From assembly GCA_963717145.1 (NCBI GenBank), contig OY970325.1, positions 3,616,001-3,680,000 on the forward strand: a stretch of 64,000 bases of DNA. Reading direction: 5' to 3'. The position numbers were made by a program, and so were the translations under genes. Source of the DNA: an uncultured Armatimonadetes bacterium (GTDB taxonomy: Bacteria > Armatimonadota > UBA5829 > DTJY01). This document shows, piece after piece, positions 46,480 to 57,582 of this stretch. Under the pieces are notes generated by a model. That model saw nothing but the letters and a program-made list of their open reading frames with translations. It was not told the DNA's origin and ran no database searches. How positions within the stretch are numbered: the stretch's first letter is position 1; each line of letters begins with the position of its first letter.

Positions 46480-48285
46480 ATGCAGATAGGATACATCATC
46501 GTCATATGCGCCTTGGCAGGTCTGATCGCCGGCGCTCGGTCCGATGCCGCCGGCCTTCCGCTCGTCACCGACGGCAAGAGCGACTACACCATAGTGCTCT
46601 CCAGGGACGCTTCTCCGTCCGAGAAGCACGCCGCCGACGAGCTTCAGAGCTTCCTCCATCAGATCAGCGGCGCCAAGCTGCCGGTCGTCGTCGAAGGAGG
46701 CAAGGTTCCGGCCAAAATGATCGTTCTCGGCGACGGCGAGACCCGCCGTCTACGTGGCACACAGATCGATGTCGAGGCACTCGGCGACGAGGGTTACACG
46801 ATCCGCACGTTCGGGCCGGACCTCATCATCGTCGGCGGTAGACTCCGAGGCACGATGTATGGCGTCTACACGTTCCTGGAGAAGGTGCTCGGCTGCCGGT
46901 GGTACACTCCAACCGTCAGCTACATCCCGAAGAACCGCACCATTGTCCTGCCGAAGCTCGACATCACCGAGACGCCGAGCTACGAGAACCGCGAGCCCTT
47001 CTATACCGGCGCATGGGACCCCGACTGGGCCGCCAGAAACAAGGTCAACGGCAACAGCACGCGCCTCGATGACGCTCGAGGCGGGAAGGTCCAGTACGGC
47101 AAGTTCGTCCACACCTTCGCCGAACTCTTTCCGCCCGCCAAGTACTACAAGGACCATCCCGAGTACTTCTCGATGGTCGATGGCAAGCGCCATGACGGAT
47201 ACGCCCAGATCTGCATGACTAACCCGGAGGTCGTTAAGATTGCCACCGAAGGGGTGATGAAGTGGATCGAGGAGAACCCCAAGGCAACGATATTCTCCGT
47301 CTCCCAGAACGATTGCTATCTGAACTGCCAGTGCGAGGTCTGCAAGCCCGTCGATGCCGAGGAGGGCAGTCCCTCCGGCCTCATGCTCCGGTTCGTGAAC
47401 GCGATCGCGGACGAGGTCGCGAAGAAGCATCCGAACGTGTTGATCGACACACTCGCGTATCAGTGGACCGAGAAGCCGCCGAAGATCACCAAGCCGAGAC
47501 CGAACGTGCGCGTCCGCCTCTGCCCGATCTCCAACTGCCAGCACCACCCGTATGAGAGATGCGAGCAGGACGCCGGCTTCATGGACAACCTCCGGAACTG
47601 GAGCAAGGTCACGGATTGCCTCTACATCTGGCACTACAACACCGTCTTCCCCAACTACCTGCTCCCTCTGCCCGATCTCGATGAGCTGATCGCCGATGTC
47701 CCGATGTACAAGCGGTTCGGGGTCAAGGGCATGTTCATGCAGGGCACGTACAACGCCGGATGGGGACCCAACGGCGGCGCGGGATTCATGGACGACCTGA
47801 AGGCCTACCTGCTCGCCAAGACACTCTGGGATATAGACGCCCACGCGGATCTGATCACCGCCGATTTCCTGGTCGGCTTCTACGGCAAGGCCGCCGAGCC
47901 GATCCACGAGTGGCTCAAGGCGATGCACAAGAAGGTTCGCGACGAAAACATCCACGGCACCATATGGTCCGACGTGAATGCCGCGCACCTCTCGCCGGAC
48001 ATCATGGCGAAGGGCGAGGAGTCGTTCGATCGGGCCGAGAAGCTCGCCGAAAGCCCGGAGGTCCTCGCCCGGGTGAAGCACGCGCGCCTCTCGCTCGAAT
48101 ACGTCAAGGTGATCCGCGAGGCCAAGCGCGCAGGGGAGAAAGGCACGTCCGAGGAGAAGGCCGCCGCCCTCAAGTGGCTGACCGACTTTGCCGACCGGTG
48201 CAAGGCAGAGGGGATCACGAAGTGGAGCGAGTGGGGACCGATGACCGCGAGCTTCGATCAAATCGCCGCGCCGCTGAAGAAGTAG
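46480..48285 (+). CDS. Secreted DUF4838-family protein
   Basis: Signal peptide; RGTMYGVYTFLEKVLGCRWYTP, HPEYFS, SVSQND, CQCEVC, TLAY. Confidence 0.85.
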   Translation: MQIGYIIVICALAGLIAGARSDAAGLPLVTDGKSDYTIVLSRDASPSEKHAADELQSFLHQISGAKLPVVVEGGKVPAKMIVLGDGETRRLRGTQIDVEALGDEGYTIRTFGPDLIIVGGRLRGTMYGVYTFLEKVLGCRWYTPTVSYIPKNRTIVLPKLDITETPSYENREPFYTGAWDPDWAARNKVNGNSTRLDDARGGKVQYGKFVHTFAELFPPAKYYKDHPEYFSMVDGKRHDGYAQICMTNPEVVKIATEGVMKWIEENPKATIFSVSQNDCYLNCQCEVCKPVDAEEGSPSGLMLRFVNAIADEVAKKHPNVLIDTLAYQWTEKPPKITKPRPNVRVRLCPISNCQHHPYERCEQDAGFMDNLRNWSKVTDCLYIWHYNTVFPNYLLPLPDLDELIADVPMYKRFGVKGMFMQGTYNAGWGPNGGAGFMDDLKAYLLAKTLWDIDAHADLITADFLVGFYGKAAEPIHEWLKAMHKKVRDENIHGTIWSDVNAAHLSPDIMAKGEESFDRAEKLAESPEVLARVKHARLSLEYVKVIREAKRAGEKGTSEEKAAALKWLTDFADRCKAEGITKWSEWGPMTASFDQIAAPLKK

Positions 48286-48318
48286 TGTCGGAGCAGGGCG
48301 AACGCATCAAAACACGAC

Positions 48319-48359
48319 GATGCTTCGGCAGCGCCACTTCGCTCTGCTACCGAAGCGTC
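48319..48359. repeat. 41-nt REP-like hairpin (family of 3484-3581)
   Basis: GATGCTTCGGCAGC...GCTACCGAAGCGTC. Confidence 0.65.
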
Positions 48360-48383
48360 GTACACCAGGGAGCGTGGATAGAT

Positions 48384-51287
48384 ATGACGAGAATCGTGCT
48401 GTGTCTGGCAGTGATGATCTTTGCGTGCGCAGCGAGTGCTGCACAAACAGGAGGAAAAATGGGTGCTGTAGTCGAGAACGATTTGGCCCGCATCGAGGTC
48501 TCGTCGGATGGTCTGGGCCTTCGGTTCGTTGACAAGAAGTCGGGCGTGGACTACTCGCGTCCCGAGAAGTCGCCGTTTGCCAGGGTGAGGAAGGACGGCC
48601 GAGATTTCCCCGCCTCAGTGGTCACGAGCAGTCCCGGCGGTATTCGCGTTCGATTCGGTGATTCCGGCGTCGAAGCAGTCCTGAGGGCGACGCCGATGAA
48701 ACGCTACCTGGTGCTCGAAGTCGTCTCGCTCAGCGGCAACGGGGTCGAGCAGCTCACCTTCGCGGATGTGCCGCTCACGCTCAAAGGTCAGTCGGATGAG
48801 CCGTTTGCCGCGTGCGCGCTCGCCCTGAACCTGAAGACATACGTCTCCCTACTCCCCGGGCCGGCCAGCACCCTCAGCGCGAGTTGCATGCGGCGGGTAG
48901 GATTCGTGGGGGCAAAGGTGGCGCTGATCGGGTGTCCGCAGGCCGAACTTCGCGACGTGATGAAGGAAGTGGTCACCGCATCGGACGACTTGCCGCATTC
49001 CCCGGTCGGAGGCCCGTGGGCGCTCGATGGGCCGGACAACCGGCGGTCGTACCTCTTCAACTTCGACGGCATTACGGTGGACACGGCGGATGAGTGGATC
49101 CGACTCGCCAAGAGCCTGGGCTTCACCCAGATCGACTTCCACGGCGGGGGCTCGTTCCGGTTCGGCGACTGCCTCCCGAACCCCGCCCGGTACCCGAACG
49201 GCTTCGATGACCTGAAGGCCGCAATCGACAAGCTCCACGCCGCCGGGATCCAGGCCGGCCTGCACACCTACGCCGCCTTCATCGACAAGGGTACCCCATG
49301 GGTGACGCCGGTACCCGACCCGCGACTCGGCAAGGATGCCACGTTCACGCTGGCTGAGGACATGACTGCGGCCGACAACACCGTTCAGGTGCGCGAATCG
49401 ACGGAGAAGATGTCGGCGATCACGGGGTTCTTCGTCCGGAACAGCGTGACTCTGCAGATCGATGACGAGCTGATCACCTACACCGGGATCTCGAAGGAGC
49501 CGCCGTATGCCTTCACCGGGTGCTCGCGCGGCGCTTGTGGCACGCGCGTATCCGCGCACAAGACGGGCGCGAAGGTAGGCCACCTCAAGGAGGTCTTCGG
49601 CTACTTCCTGCCGGATCACAAGACTACCCTCTTCGCCGAGGTCGCCGCGAAGTCCGCCGAGGCCTTCAACCGCTGCGGGTTCGATATGATCTACCTCGAT
49701 GCGCTCGACGGGGAGGACATCTTCGACGGATGGGAGTACGGCTGGCACTACGGATCGAAGTTCGCCTTCGAGCTCTACAAGCGCCTCGAGAAACCCGCGC
49801 TGATGGAGATGAGCACCTTCCACCATCATCTCTGGTACGTTCGCTCGCGAATGGGCGCATGGGACCATCCTACCCGCAGCCACAAGAAGTTCATCGACAT
49901 TCACGTCGCCGCCAACGAGAACAACAAGCGAATGTTCATGCCCAGCCAGCTCGGCTGGTGGGCGATCAAGACGTGGGACGGAGCGCGGTCTGAGCCGACC
50001 TTCACCGACGACATCGAGTACCTATGCGCGAAGTGCCTTGGGAACGACAGCGGCCTCGCTCTCATGGGTATCACGCCGGCCGACCTCGGGAATCCTAACA
50101 TGATGCGGCTGGCGGAGATCATGGGCCGCTATGAGAACCTGCGGGCGGCGAACGTCGTACCGGAATCGATCAAAGCTCGTCTCCGGAAGCCGGGTAGCGA
50201 TTACATACTCAGGCAGGACGCGGATAGATGGACGTTCTCGCCGGCTAGGTACGACAAGCACCGCGTCGAGGGGGTGGACGGATGGAGCAACACGTGGACC
50301 GTCGCCAACGGCTTCGACCGCCAGCCCGCGCGTCTCCGCATCGAGGCGCTGATGTCCGCCGCGCCCTACGACTCGCCGGATGGAGTCACAGTCGCCGAGC
50401 TGAGCGATCCCTCGGCGATGCCTCGACGCTTCAGCCCGCCGGAGGTATCAGCGAGCCTGGAGGGCATTACGGACCCGGCCAAGCCCGAGATCGCCAGTGC
50501 CAGGTTCACCGCCGAGAGCAAGCTCCCCGTCAGGCAGGGCGCGTGGACCATGGTCGGCAGGAAGTGGGTCGCTCCGATCGACCTCTCGGCCAAACAGGCA
50601 CTCGGGGTCTGGATCAACGGCGATGGCAGCGATGCGATCCTGAACGTCCAACTTCGGAGCCCCTCGCACGTATCGGAGGCGGTCGGCGAACACTACGTAA
50701 AGCTCGATTTCACCGGCTGGCGGTACTTCGAGCTGATCGAGCCTGAGGGGGAGCGATTCGCGGACTACTCCTGGCCGTACAATCGGCCCGAAGCCGATTG
50801 GAACAACACCTGGAATGAGACCGAAGGCCAGCAGCCTCACTGGATATGGGGGGCCTACAACGTCTACCGCGAAAGCGTGAACTTCACCAAGGTGGAATCG
50901 CTCAGCGTGTGGTACAACAACCTACCCTCAGGCAAGGCCGTCACCACGTTCCTGAGCCCGATCAAGGCTCTCCCGCTCGTGAGCGGGAAGCTGGTGAACC
51001 CGGCGATCACGGTCGGAGGGAAGACGATCTCCTTCCCCGCCGAGATCGAGAGTGGGTGCTACCTGGAGTTCAACTCGATGACTGACTGCAAGCTCTACGG
51101 CCCGCAGGGTGCCCTGATCCGTGAGGTCAAGCCGGAGGGTGATGCGCCCGTCCTGGAGCGTGGAGATAACGCGGTCAGCTTCTCCTCAGGCGGCATTGAG
51201 GGAGTGAATCCTCGTGCCCGAGTTACGATCATCAGCGAGGGCGATTCCCTCGAGCCCGCCGTTTCCTGGAAAGGGCCTCAGGGATGA
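48384..51287 (+). CDS. Large secreted hypothetical protein, probable glycoside hydrolase TIM barrel
   Basis: Signal peptide MTRIVLCLAV; YPNGFDDLKAAIDKLHAAGIQAGLH and FDMIYLDALDG resemble clan GH-D-like barrels. Confidence 0.6.
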   Translation: MTRIVLCLAVMIFACAASAAQTGGKMGAVVENDLARIEVSSDGLGLRFVDKKSGVDYSRPEKSPFARVRKDGRDFPASVVTSSPGGIRVRFGDSGVEAVLRATPMKRYLVLEVVSLSGNGVEQLTFADVPLTLKGQSDEPFAACALALNLKTYVSLLPGPASTLSASCMRRVGFVGAKVALIGCPQAELRDVMKEVVTASDDLPHSPVGGPWALDGPDNRRSYLFNFDGITVDTADEWIRLAKSLGFTQIDFHGGGSFRFGDCLPNPARYPNGFDDLKAAIDKLHAAGIQAGLHTYAAFIDKGTPWVTPVPDPRLGKDATFTLAEDMTAADNTVQVRESTEKMSAITGFFVRNSVTLQIDDELITYTGISKEPPYAFTGCSRGACGTRVSAHKTGAKVGHLKEVFGYFLPDHKTTLFAEVAAKSAEAFNRCGFDMIYLDALDGEDIFDGWEYGWHYGSKFAFELYKRLEKPALMEMSTFHHHLWYVRSRMGAWDHPTRSHKKFIDIHVAANENNKRMFMPSQLGWWAIKTWDGARSEPTFTDDIEYLCAKCLGNDSGLALMGITPADLGNPNMMRLAEIMGRYENLRAANVVPESIKARLRKPGSDYILRQDADRWTFSPARYDKHRVEGVDGWSNTWTVANGFDRQPARLRIEALMSAAPYDSPDGVTVAELSDPSAMPRRFSPPEVSASLEGITDPAKPEIASARFTAESKLPVRQGAWTMVGRKWVAPIDLSAKQALGVWINGDGSDAILNVQLRSPSHVSEAVGEHYVKLDFTGWRYFELIEPEGERFADYSWPYNRPEADWNNTWNETEGQQPHWIWGAYNVYRESVNFTKVESLSVWYNNLPSGKAVTTFLSPIKALPLVSGKLVNPAITVGGKTISFPAEIESGCYLEFNSMTDCKLYGPQGALIREVKPEGDAPVLERGDNAVSFSSGGIEGVNPRARVTIISEGDSLEPAVSWKGPQG

Positions 51288-54200
51288 CACCAATCGCAGT
51301 CCGCGATGACATGATCGTCCTCCCGACCGCCGGGATCGGGTTCGATAACCCGAACACGCTCTTCATGCAGACCGGCGGATTCGCTCAGGACTGTACCTAT
51401 CCCTGCAACTTCCACAACCACTTCCTCCGCGAGGAGCTGGTTGACAAGGAGTACCGCCGGATCACCTTCGAGAACGAGTTCCTGATCGTCGAGTTCCTCC
51501 CCGAACTCGGCGGGCGCATCTGGCGGCTCTACGACAAGCTACACGGCGAGGAGGTCGTCCACAAGAACGACTGCGTCAAGCCCTACCCCGGCGGGTTCGG
51601 CGGCGCGTACACCGCCGGTGGGATCGAGTTGAACTACCCGTTCGCGCACTCCATCACCAACACATGGCCCCGGAAGACCAAGGTCCAGCAGAATGAACTC
51701 GGTTGGGCGACATACACCGTCAGCGAGTGGGAGCGGGTAGGGCGCACCCAGTGGGCGATGTCGTTCACCCTCCGGCCCGGTGAGGCACGGCTCAAGCAGC
51801 GGGTCATGATCTACAACCGGAGCAAGACGCCGTCGAGCTTCTGCTACTGGGGCAATGCCGGAGTCCCCGTGAACGACGACACCAGGTGGCTCTATCGGGA
51901 GTGCATGGCGAGCGAGCACGGATACACGACCGTCTACACCTGGCCCGAGTTCAAGGGGATCGACATGTCCCGCTGGACCGGCAATCCCGAGGTCGTCGGC
52001 CTGTACTTCCTCGAGCCGGACTACGACTTCTTCGGCTACGTGGATACGAAGAAGAAGTCCGGGCTGGTACACTACGCCGACCGTCATGAGGTCCCGGGAA
52101 GAAGCTCTGGACCTGGGGCCGCAACTTCTCCGGTGAGGCGACGAGATGGCACCTGTGCGTCGAGCCCCAGGATTACGGCGAGGTGCAGAGCGGCCGGATC
52201 ATCAACCAGGAGCACTTCGAGTGGCTGATGCCCGAGGAGTACCTCTCCTGGGAGGAGCAGTGGTCGCCGATCCACGGCCTGACCGACGTCACTGAAGCGA
52301 CTGAGGACTGCGCGTTCCAGATCGATGGCCGGAAGCTCCGCTACTACCCGTTCAGGGAGATCACGAACCAGAAGCTGGAGTTCATTGTCGATGGGCAGGT
52401 CGTTGGTGAGATGCCGTTCTCCGCGCAAGCGTGCAGGCTCGGCGAGATCGATCTCCCCGAGGGCGCTGATGTTCATGTGATCAACAGCGAAAAGACGAGC
52501 GTCATATCGCTCAAGGGCCGGTGCGAGCGGAAGCCCATACCGGAGGTGCGCGAGGACCCGATCTTCGACGTGCGCTCCTCGATGGCCTACTGCGTGAACG
52601 CCGAGTTCAGCCACAAGCTCCTCCGGCGGGAGAAAGCGATGGAGCAGTATCGGCAGGCGATCGAACTCGACCGCTACAACTACAAGGCGTACCACGGCCT
52701 CGGGCTGATGCTCTACTCCCACGGCGACTTCGCGGGTGCCAGGGAGGACTTCGAGAAGGCGATCGAGTGCTACAAGTGGGACGCGGAGTCCTACCTGATG
52801 CTCTCGCACATATCCCATCTCGACGGCGACCTCGATGCGGCGATGGAATACGCCCACAGCGCTCTCTACTACGGCGAGAAGTGTGGCGGCAACCTTAAGC
52901 TCTGTGAGCTCTCCGTCGCCAGGGGGCAGTACGGCACGGCGATAGACTTTGGCTACGGTGCTTCCCTCGAGGGTTACGGGTCAGTCAGAAGTGATGGGTT
53001 GTTGGCCATCGCCGACAGCAGATGGCGTGAGGATCCGGCTGGGGCATGGGGTTGGTTCGAGAACCTCTGGCATTACGAACTCAAGGACTTGACGTGGTAC
53101 TCCGAGGCGTTCTTCTCCACACACATCGACGAGGCCGAACTCCATCGGGAGCTGTTCGACGACGAGTGGCGGTTCCTCGAACTGGCGCTGAACTACGTGG
53201 ACCTCGCTCTCTACGAGGAGGCCGTGAAGCTCTGCGACATCGGCAGCTCGATCCACAGGGACGGCTGGCAGCCGGAGAAGCTCTACAACCCCGACCGCAT
53301 CTCGGGCATCTTCCGCAAGAGGGAAACGCCGTTCTTCCACCTCCTGAAGGGCTGGATCGCGCTGCAGACGGGCGACGAGGAAGCCGCGAAGAGGCACTTC
53401 GCGGACGGCGACTACTTCGAGTATTTCGTGAACATCAACCAGCCCGAGATGGTGCGCGTCCTCGAGAAGGCGATCGAATACGGGAACGTCGCCGCGTGCC
53501 ACTACCTCGGCAACTTCATGTATCACAGCTACCGGCCCGACGAGGCGCTGAAGTACTGGCAGATGGCGGAAGGAAAGCTTGATTGCTCCGTCAACACGCG
53601 CAATCTCGCGGTCCACGCGCAGTTCATCGAGCACGACCTGGAGAAGGCCAGGACGCTGCTGAGGAAGGCGCTCGGGATGAACTCCGTCGATCTCTTCCTG
53701 CGCCAGGAGTTGGTCGGCGTCGAGCGCGCGTGCGGCGCGTCCCCGGAGGACATCCTGCGCATTTATCTCGACGCCCCTGAGGTGCAGCGGACGACTTTCC
53801 TGCAGTATCCGCTTCTGACCGCCTATATGGATGCGAACCGATGGGAGGAGGCCGCCGAGTTCATGCGCACGGTCGATCGGCGGCATTCCGACACCGACAG
53901 CGGCTGGTACGACTTCTGCATCGGATACGCCGAGTTCCTGGTCGATCAGGACGCGCCACAGGAGGCGCTCGAATGGATCGGGAAAAGCAGTCCGACGCCC
54001 GAGAACCTCTCGTGCGCCGCGTACCTGGAGGTCTTCTACCGCCGCCACCGAGAGTTCCACATCGCCGGCCTGGCATACCGGATGCTCGGCGACGAATCTA
54101 AGGCGGCGGAGAGCTTTCGGAAGTCGACCGAGCAGCCGGCGACTCTCTACTACTTCAAGCCGTGGGAGGACATGATCACCTCCTGGCGGTTCTGGGTGGC

Positions 54201-54385
54201 GCTCTCGATGGCCGAGCTTGGCATGGACGCCGCTGGCCGAGGGGATGCTCTGCGGCATCAACAAGTATCGTGAGTCCGCCGCGCTCATCCAACTGAAGCT
54301 CGAACGCTCCGAGTTCAAGCGCTGGGCCGAGAAGGATCCGGACGCGGTCGTCACGGTCACCGAGCAAACGGGTCCGGAGATATAG
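51284..54385 (+). CDS. DUF5107 + TPR protein; frameshifts near 52100 and 54240
   Basis: FENEFLIVEFLPELGGRIW, AGGIELNYP, YWGNAGV, KKLWTWG and YGEVQSG in shifted frame; TPR-like helices. Confidence 0.8.
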
Positions 54386-54444
54386 CCGTTTACGTGTCCC
54401 ATCGGTCCCATATGTCCCATCCGTCCCATTCCGAAGGAAAACAC

Positions 54445-55473
54445 ATGTACAACGGAGTCATCGACGATTTCAGGACGGCGATCGCCCTGGGGACGCCCTC
54501 GCGCGTACCGGTAGTCGCCTGTGGCGAGGAGTTCGACGTCCACATCTGCGGCGGCGGGGTCACCTATAACGAGTACAACCGCGACCCGAAGATCATGGCC
54601 GCAACTCAGATCGCCGCTGTCGAGCGGTTCGGCTACGACTGGGCGTGGCTGCAGGTCGACGACTGCATCATGTTCGAGGTGCTCGGCGTCGGCGTCAAGG
54701 GCGAGGGCGACATTCTCCCCGCGACCTACGGCTACCTCCCCGCGACCCGTGAGACGCTCAATTCGCTGCCGACCCCCGATCCCGCCAAAGACGGCCGGAT
54801 GCCGGTGCTTTTGGAGGCGATCAAGCGCGTGAAGGACCACTTCGGCGACGAGGTGCTCGTCTGCGGCCGAACCGAGGCGCCGTTCTCGTCGGTCGCGCTC
54901 CTCTACGGCATCGAAGAGACGATGCTCCTGCCACTCCTTGACCCCGATCTGATGCGGGACACGCTCGATTTCTTCGTCGAGGCGCAGACCGCGTTCGGCC
55001 TGGCGCAAAGGGAAGCCGGCGCCGACGCCGTCTGGTTCGGCGACTGCAATGCATCGGGCCACCTGATGAGCGCTCAGTACTACGAGGATTTCGCGCTGCC
55101 CGGCGTCACTACGATGGCCAAGGAGTACGACAAGGCCGGACTCTGGAGCATCTACCATGCGAGCGAGGAGAAGGAAGGCCACCTCAAGCTGCAGGCGACT
55201 TCGGGAGTCAGCATCCTCAGCGTCGGCCCGGGACTCGACATGGCGAGGGCCAAGGAACTCGTCGGCGACAGGGTCTGTCTGATCGGCAACCTCGACCCGG
55301 TGAACGTGTTAATGAACGGCACACCGGAGCAGGTCGCGTCCGAGGCCGAGCGCATCATGACCGTAGGCAAGCGCGGCGGCGGATACATCTTCAATACCGG
55401 CGAGATGGTCCCCCGCGACACGCCGATCGAGAACATGGAGGCCATGCTTTCCGCCGCTCGGTCGGCCCGATAG
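54445..55473 (+). CDS. Uroporphyrinogen decarboxylase / MtaA-CmuA superfamily protein
   Basis: DGRMPVLLEAI, APFS, QREAGAD, LIGNLDP, GTPEQV, DTPIENMEA. Confidence 0.85.
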   Translation: MYNGVIDDFRTAIALGTPSRVPVVACGEEFDVHICGGGVTYNEYNRDPKIMAATQIAAVERFGYDWAWLQVDDCIMFEVLGVGVKGEGDILPATYGYLPATRETLNSLPTPDPAKDGRMPVLLEAIKRVKDHFGDEVLVCGRTEAPFSSVALLYGIEETMLLPLLDPDLMRDTLDFFVEAQTAFGLAQREAGADAVWFGDCNASGHLMSAQYYEDFALPGVTTMAKEYDKAGLWSIYHASEEKEGHLKLQATSGVSILSVGPGLDMARAKELVGDRVCLIGNLDPVNVLMNGTPEQVASEAERIMTVGKRGGGYIFNTGEMVPRDTPIENMEAMLSAARSAR

Positions 55474-55518
55474 GACGGATGTGACCGATAGGACTGATAG
55501 GACACAGAAAGGCTTAGC

Positions 55519-57312
55519 ATGAGAATACTTACTATCTGCATCATGATCTTCATCCTGGCGGGGGCATGCCTCGCACAGACGCCCGGCGCGCTCAATGTGC
55601 GGGACTTCGGCGCTAAGGGTGACGGAGTCACCGACGACACATCAGCCTTCCAGAAGGCGCTCGACCAATGTGCCAAGCAGGACGGCGGGATCGTCGAGGT
55701 CCCGGCCGGTCAGTACATGATCAAGACGCACCTCGCCATCCCGGAGGCAGTCACCCTTGAAGGCACGTGGCGCGCTCCTGCGAGTGTCAACGGCTACCAC
55801 AAAGTCCCGGGCAAGCCGGAATCCGGTCCGCTGCTCAAGGGGAGCGTCCTGCTCGCGGTCGAGGGAGCGGGCAGCGAAACCGGCACGCCGTTCATCACTC
55901 TCGACCGCACCTCGACATTGAAGGGCGTCACCGTCTTCTATCCCGAGCAGACGAAGACCAATCCGCCGAAGGCCTACCCATGGTGCGTGGCGACCGTCGG
56001 CGCGGACAACTGCTCGATCATCGACTGCCTGCTCGTCAACCCCTACCAGGCCGTCGACTTCGGCAGCCGCGTGTCGGGCCGACACTATATCAGCAACCTC
56101 TACGCTCAGCCGCTCCGTCGAGGCGTGTGGATCGACTACTGCATCGACATCGGCCGGATCGAGAACGTCCACCTCTGGCCGTTCTGGACCGCCGGCGACC
56201 CCGACAGCCCGGTCGGCAAGTTCTCGATGGAGCAAGGGGAGGCGTTCATCTTCGGCCGGAGCGACTGGCAGTACGTCACCAACTGCTTCTGTATCAGCTA
56301 CAAGGTCGGCATGAAGTTCATCCGCGGCAGTGGGACGGGACCCTACGAAGGCGCGGGCAACTACCTGCTCACTCAGAGCGGCGCGGACAACTGCGATATC
56401 GCCGTTCTCGTCGAGGAGACCCAGGGCCACAGCGGGGTCAGCTTCTCGAACTCGCAACTCTTCGGCGACATCATCGTCAAGGACACGAACAACGGCATGG
56501 TCCGCTTCACCGGCTGCGGACTCTTCGGAAGCACCATGTCGAAGAACAACGTCGGGGTCGCCGACATCTCCGGGCGCGGGCGCATCTCCTTCGACAACTG
56601 CCACTTCTACTGCATCGACCGGCGCATCAAAGCCGATGACATGATCCGCGTGCGTCAGGGTCGCGTGAACATCAGCAACTGCGTGTTCCTCAACATGTAT
56701 GATGCGCCGTTCAACGAGAAGCCGATCGTCCTCGATCCAGCGGTCCGTGCGGCGGTCATCACCGGCAATGAGTTCTACGGTCCCGGCACGATCGTCAACA
56801 ACGCGGTCGGCGAGGTCGTCATCAGGGACAACATCGCCGAGACGGACACCAAGCCGTTCCCCAGGTGGAAGCCCGTTCGTCCGAAGGAGGAGGCAGGCTC
56901 GATCGTGCTCGACGATGCCGACCCCGGCGTGTCCTTCACGGGCGAATGGACGCTCGTGGAGAACACGTTCGATCTGAATATCGGCTACAATAAGGGCACT
57001 CGCTGGGCATGGAAGGGCGACGGAAGCGCGAGAGCGACCTTCACGCCGAACCTCCCGAAGGCCGGGACGTATACACTATATGCATACTTCGGCTTCGATC
57101 CGGCGGGCGATCATGCGACGAACGCGCCGATCGAGATCAAGTCGACGGACGGTATGAAGAAGACGACCGTGAATCTGCGAACCGCCAAGGGCGAATGGAT
57201 CGAGATCGGCACATATCGCTTCGACAAGGGCCGAAGCGGCACTATCACACTCACCAACGACGCGGACGGCAACGTCCTCGCCGATGCGGTGAAGCTAGTA
57301 CCGGCCAACTAG
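55519..57312 (+). CDS. Secreted Pectate_lyase_3-type beta-helix protein with golvesin-C-like domain
   Basis: NVRDFGAKGDGVTDDTSAFQKA, IGRIENVH; C-terminal VLDD...VLADAVKL. Confidence 0.82.
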   Translation: MRILTICIMIFILAGACLAQTPGALNVRDFGAKGDGVTDDTSAFQKALDQCAKQDGGIVEVPAGQYMIKTHLAIPEAVTLEGTWRAPASVNGYHKVPGKPESGPLLKGSVLLAVEGAGSETGTPFITLDRTSTLKGVTVFYPEQTKTNPPKAYPWCVATVGADNCSIIDCLLVNPYQAVDFGSRVSGRHYISNLYAQPLRRGVWIDYCIDIGRIENVHLWPFWTAGDPDSPVGKFSMEQGEAFIFGRSDWQYVTNCFCISYKVGMKFIRGSGTGPYEGAGNYLLTQSGADNCDIAVLVEETQGHSGVSFSNSQLFGDIIVKDTNNGMVRFTGCGLFGSTMSKNNVGVADISGRGRISFDNCHFYCIDRRIKADDMIRVRQGRVNISNCVFLNMYDAPFNEKPIVLDPAVRAAVITGNEFYGPGTIVNNAVGEVVIRDNIAETDTKPFPRWKPVRPKEEAGSIVLDDADPGVSFTGEWTLVENTFDLNIGYNKGTRWAWKGDGSARATFTPNLPKAGTYTLYAYFGFDPAGDHATNAPIEIKSTDGMKKTTVNLRTAKGEWIEIGTYRFDKGRSGTITLTNDADGNVLADAVKLVPAN

Positions 57313-57327
57313 GAATGGGAGCTGACC

Positions 57328-57567
57328 ATGACCTGCAGAGATGAGATCCTCGCCGCCATCAGCCATCTGGTGAGCAACACTGGGCATAGGACATTCAGCG
57401 TAGCGGACATCGTGAGGCATATGCATGCGGAGAACACCAGATACGAGGAATCGACCATTCGCACGCATATCTCCTCGCGGATGTGTGCCAATACTCCTGA
57501 TCATCATGCGAGGACGTACCCGGATCTGCGCAGAATCGGACCAGGGCTCTATGAGTTGAATGACTAG
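57328..57567 (+). CDS. Small winged-helix-like hypothetical protein
   Basis: GGGAG RBS; TCRDEILAA...FSVADIV...YEESTIRTHISSRMC...GPGLYEL. Confidence 0.7.
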   Translation: MTCRDEILAAISHLVSNTGHRTFSVADIVRHMHAENTRYEESTIRTHISSRMCANTPDHHARTYPDLRRIGPGLYELND

Positions 57568-57582
57568 TCCAAAGGAGAAACA

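Noticed and set aside
47760-48383. Long N-terminal extensions in the ORF track (also 40450, 35289, 30666, 29011, 14159, 44156)
   Set aside because: They overlap upstream genes or repeats; internal starts with RBS or signal peptides fit better
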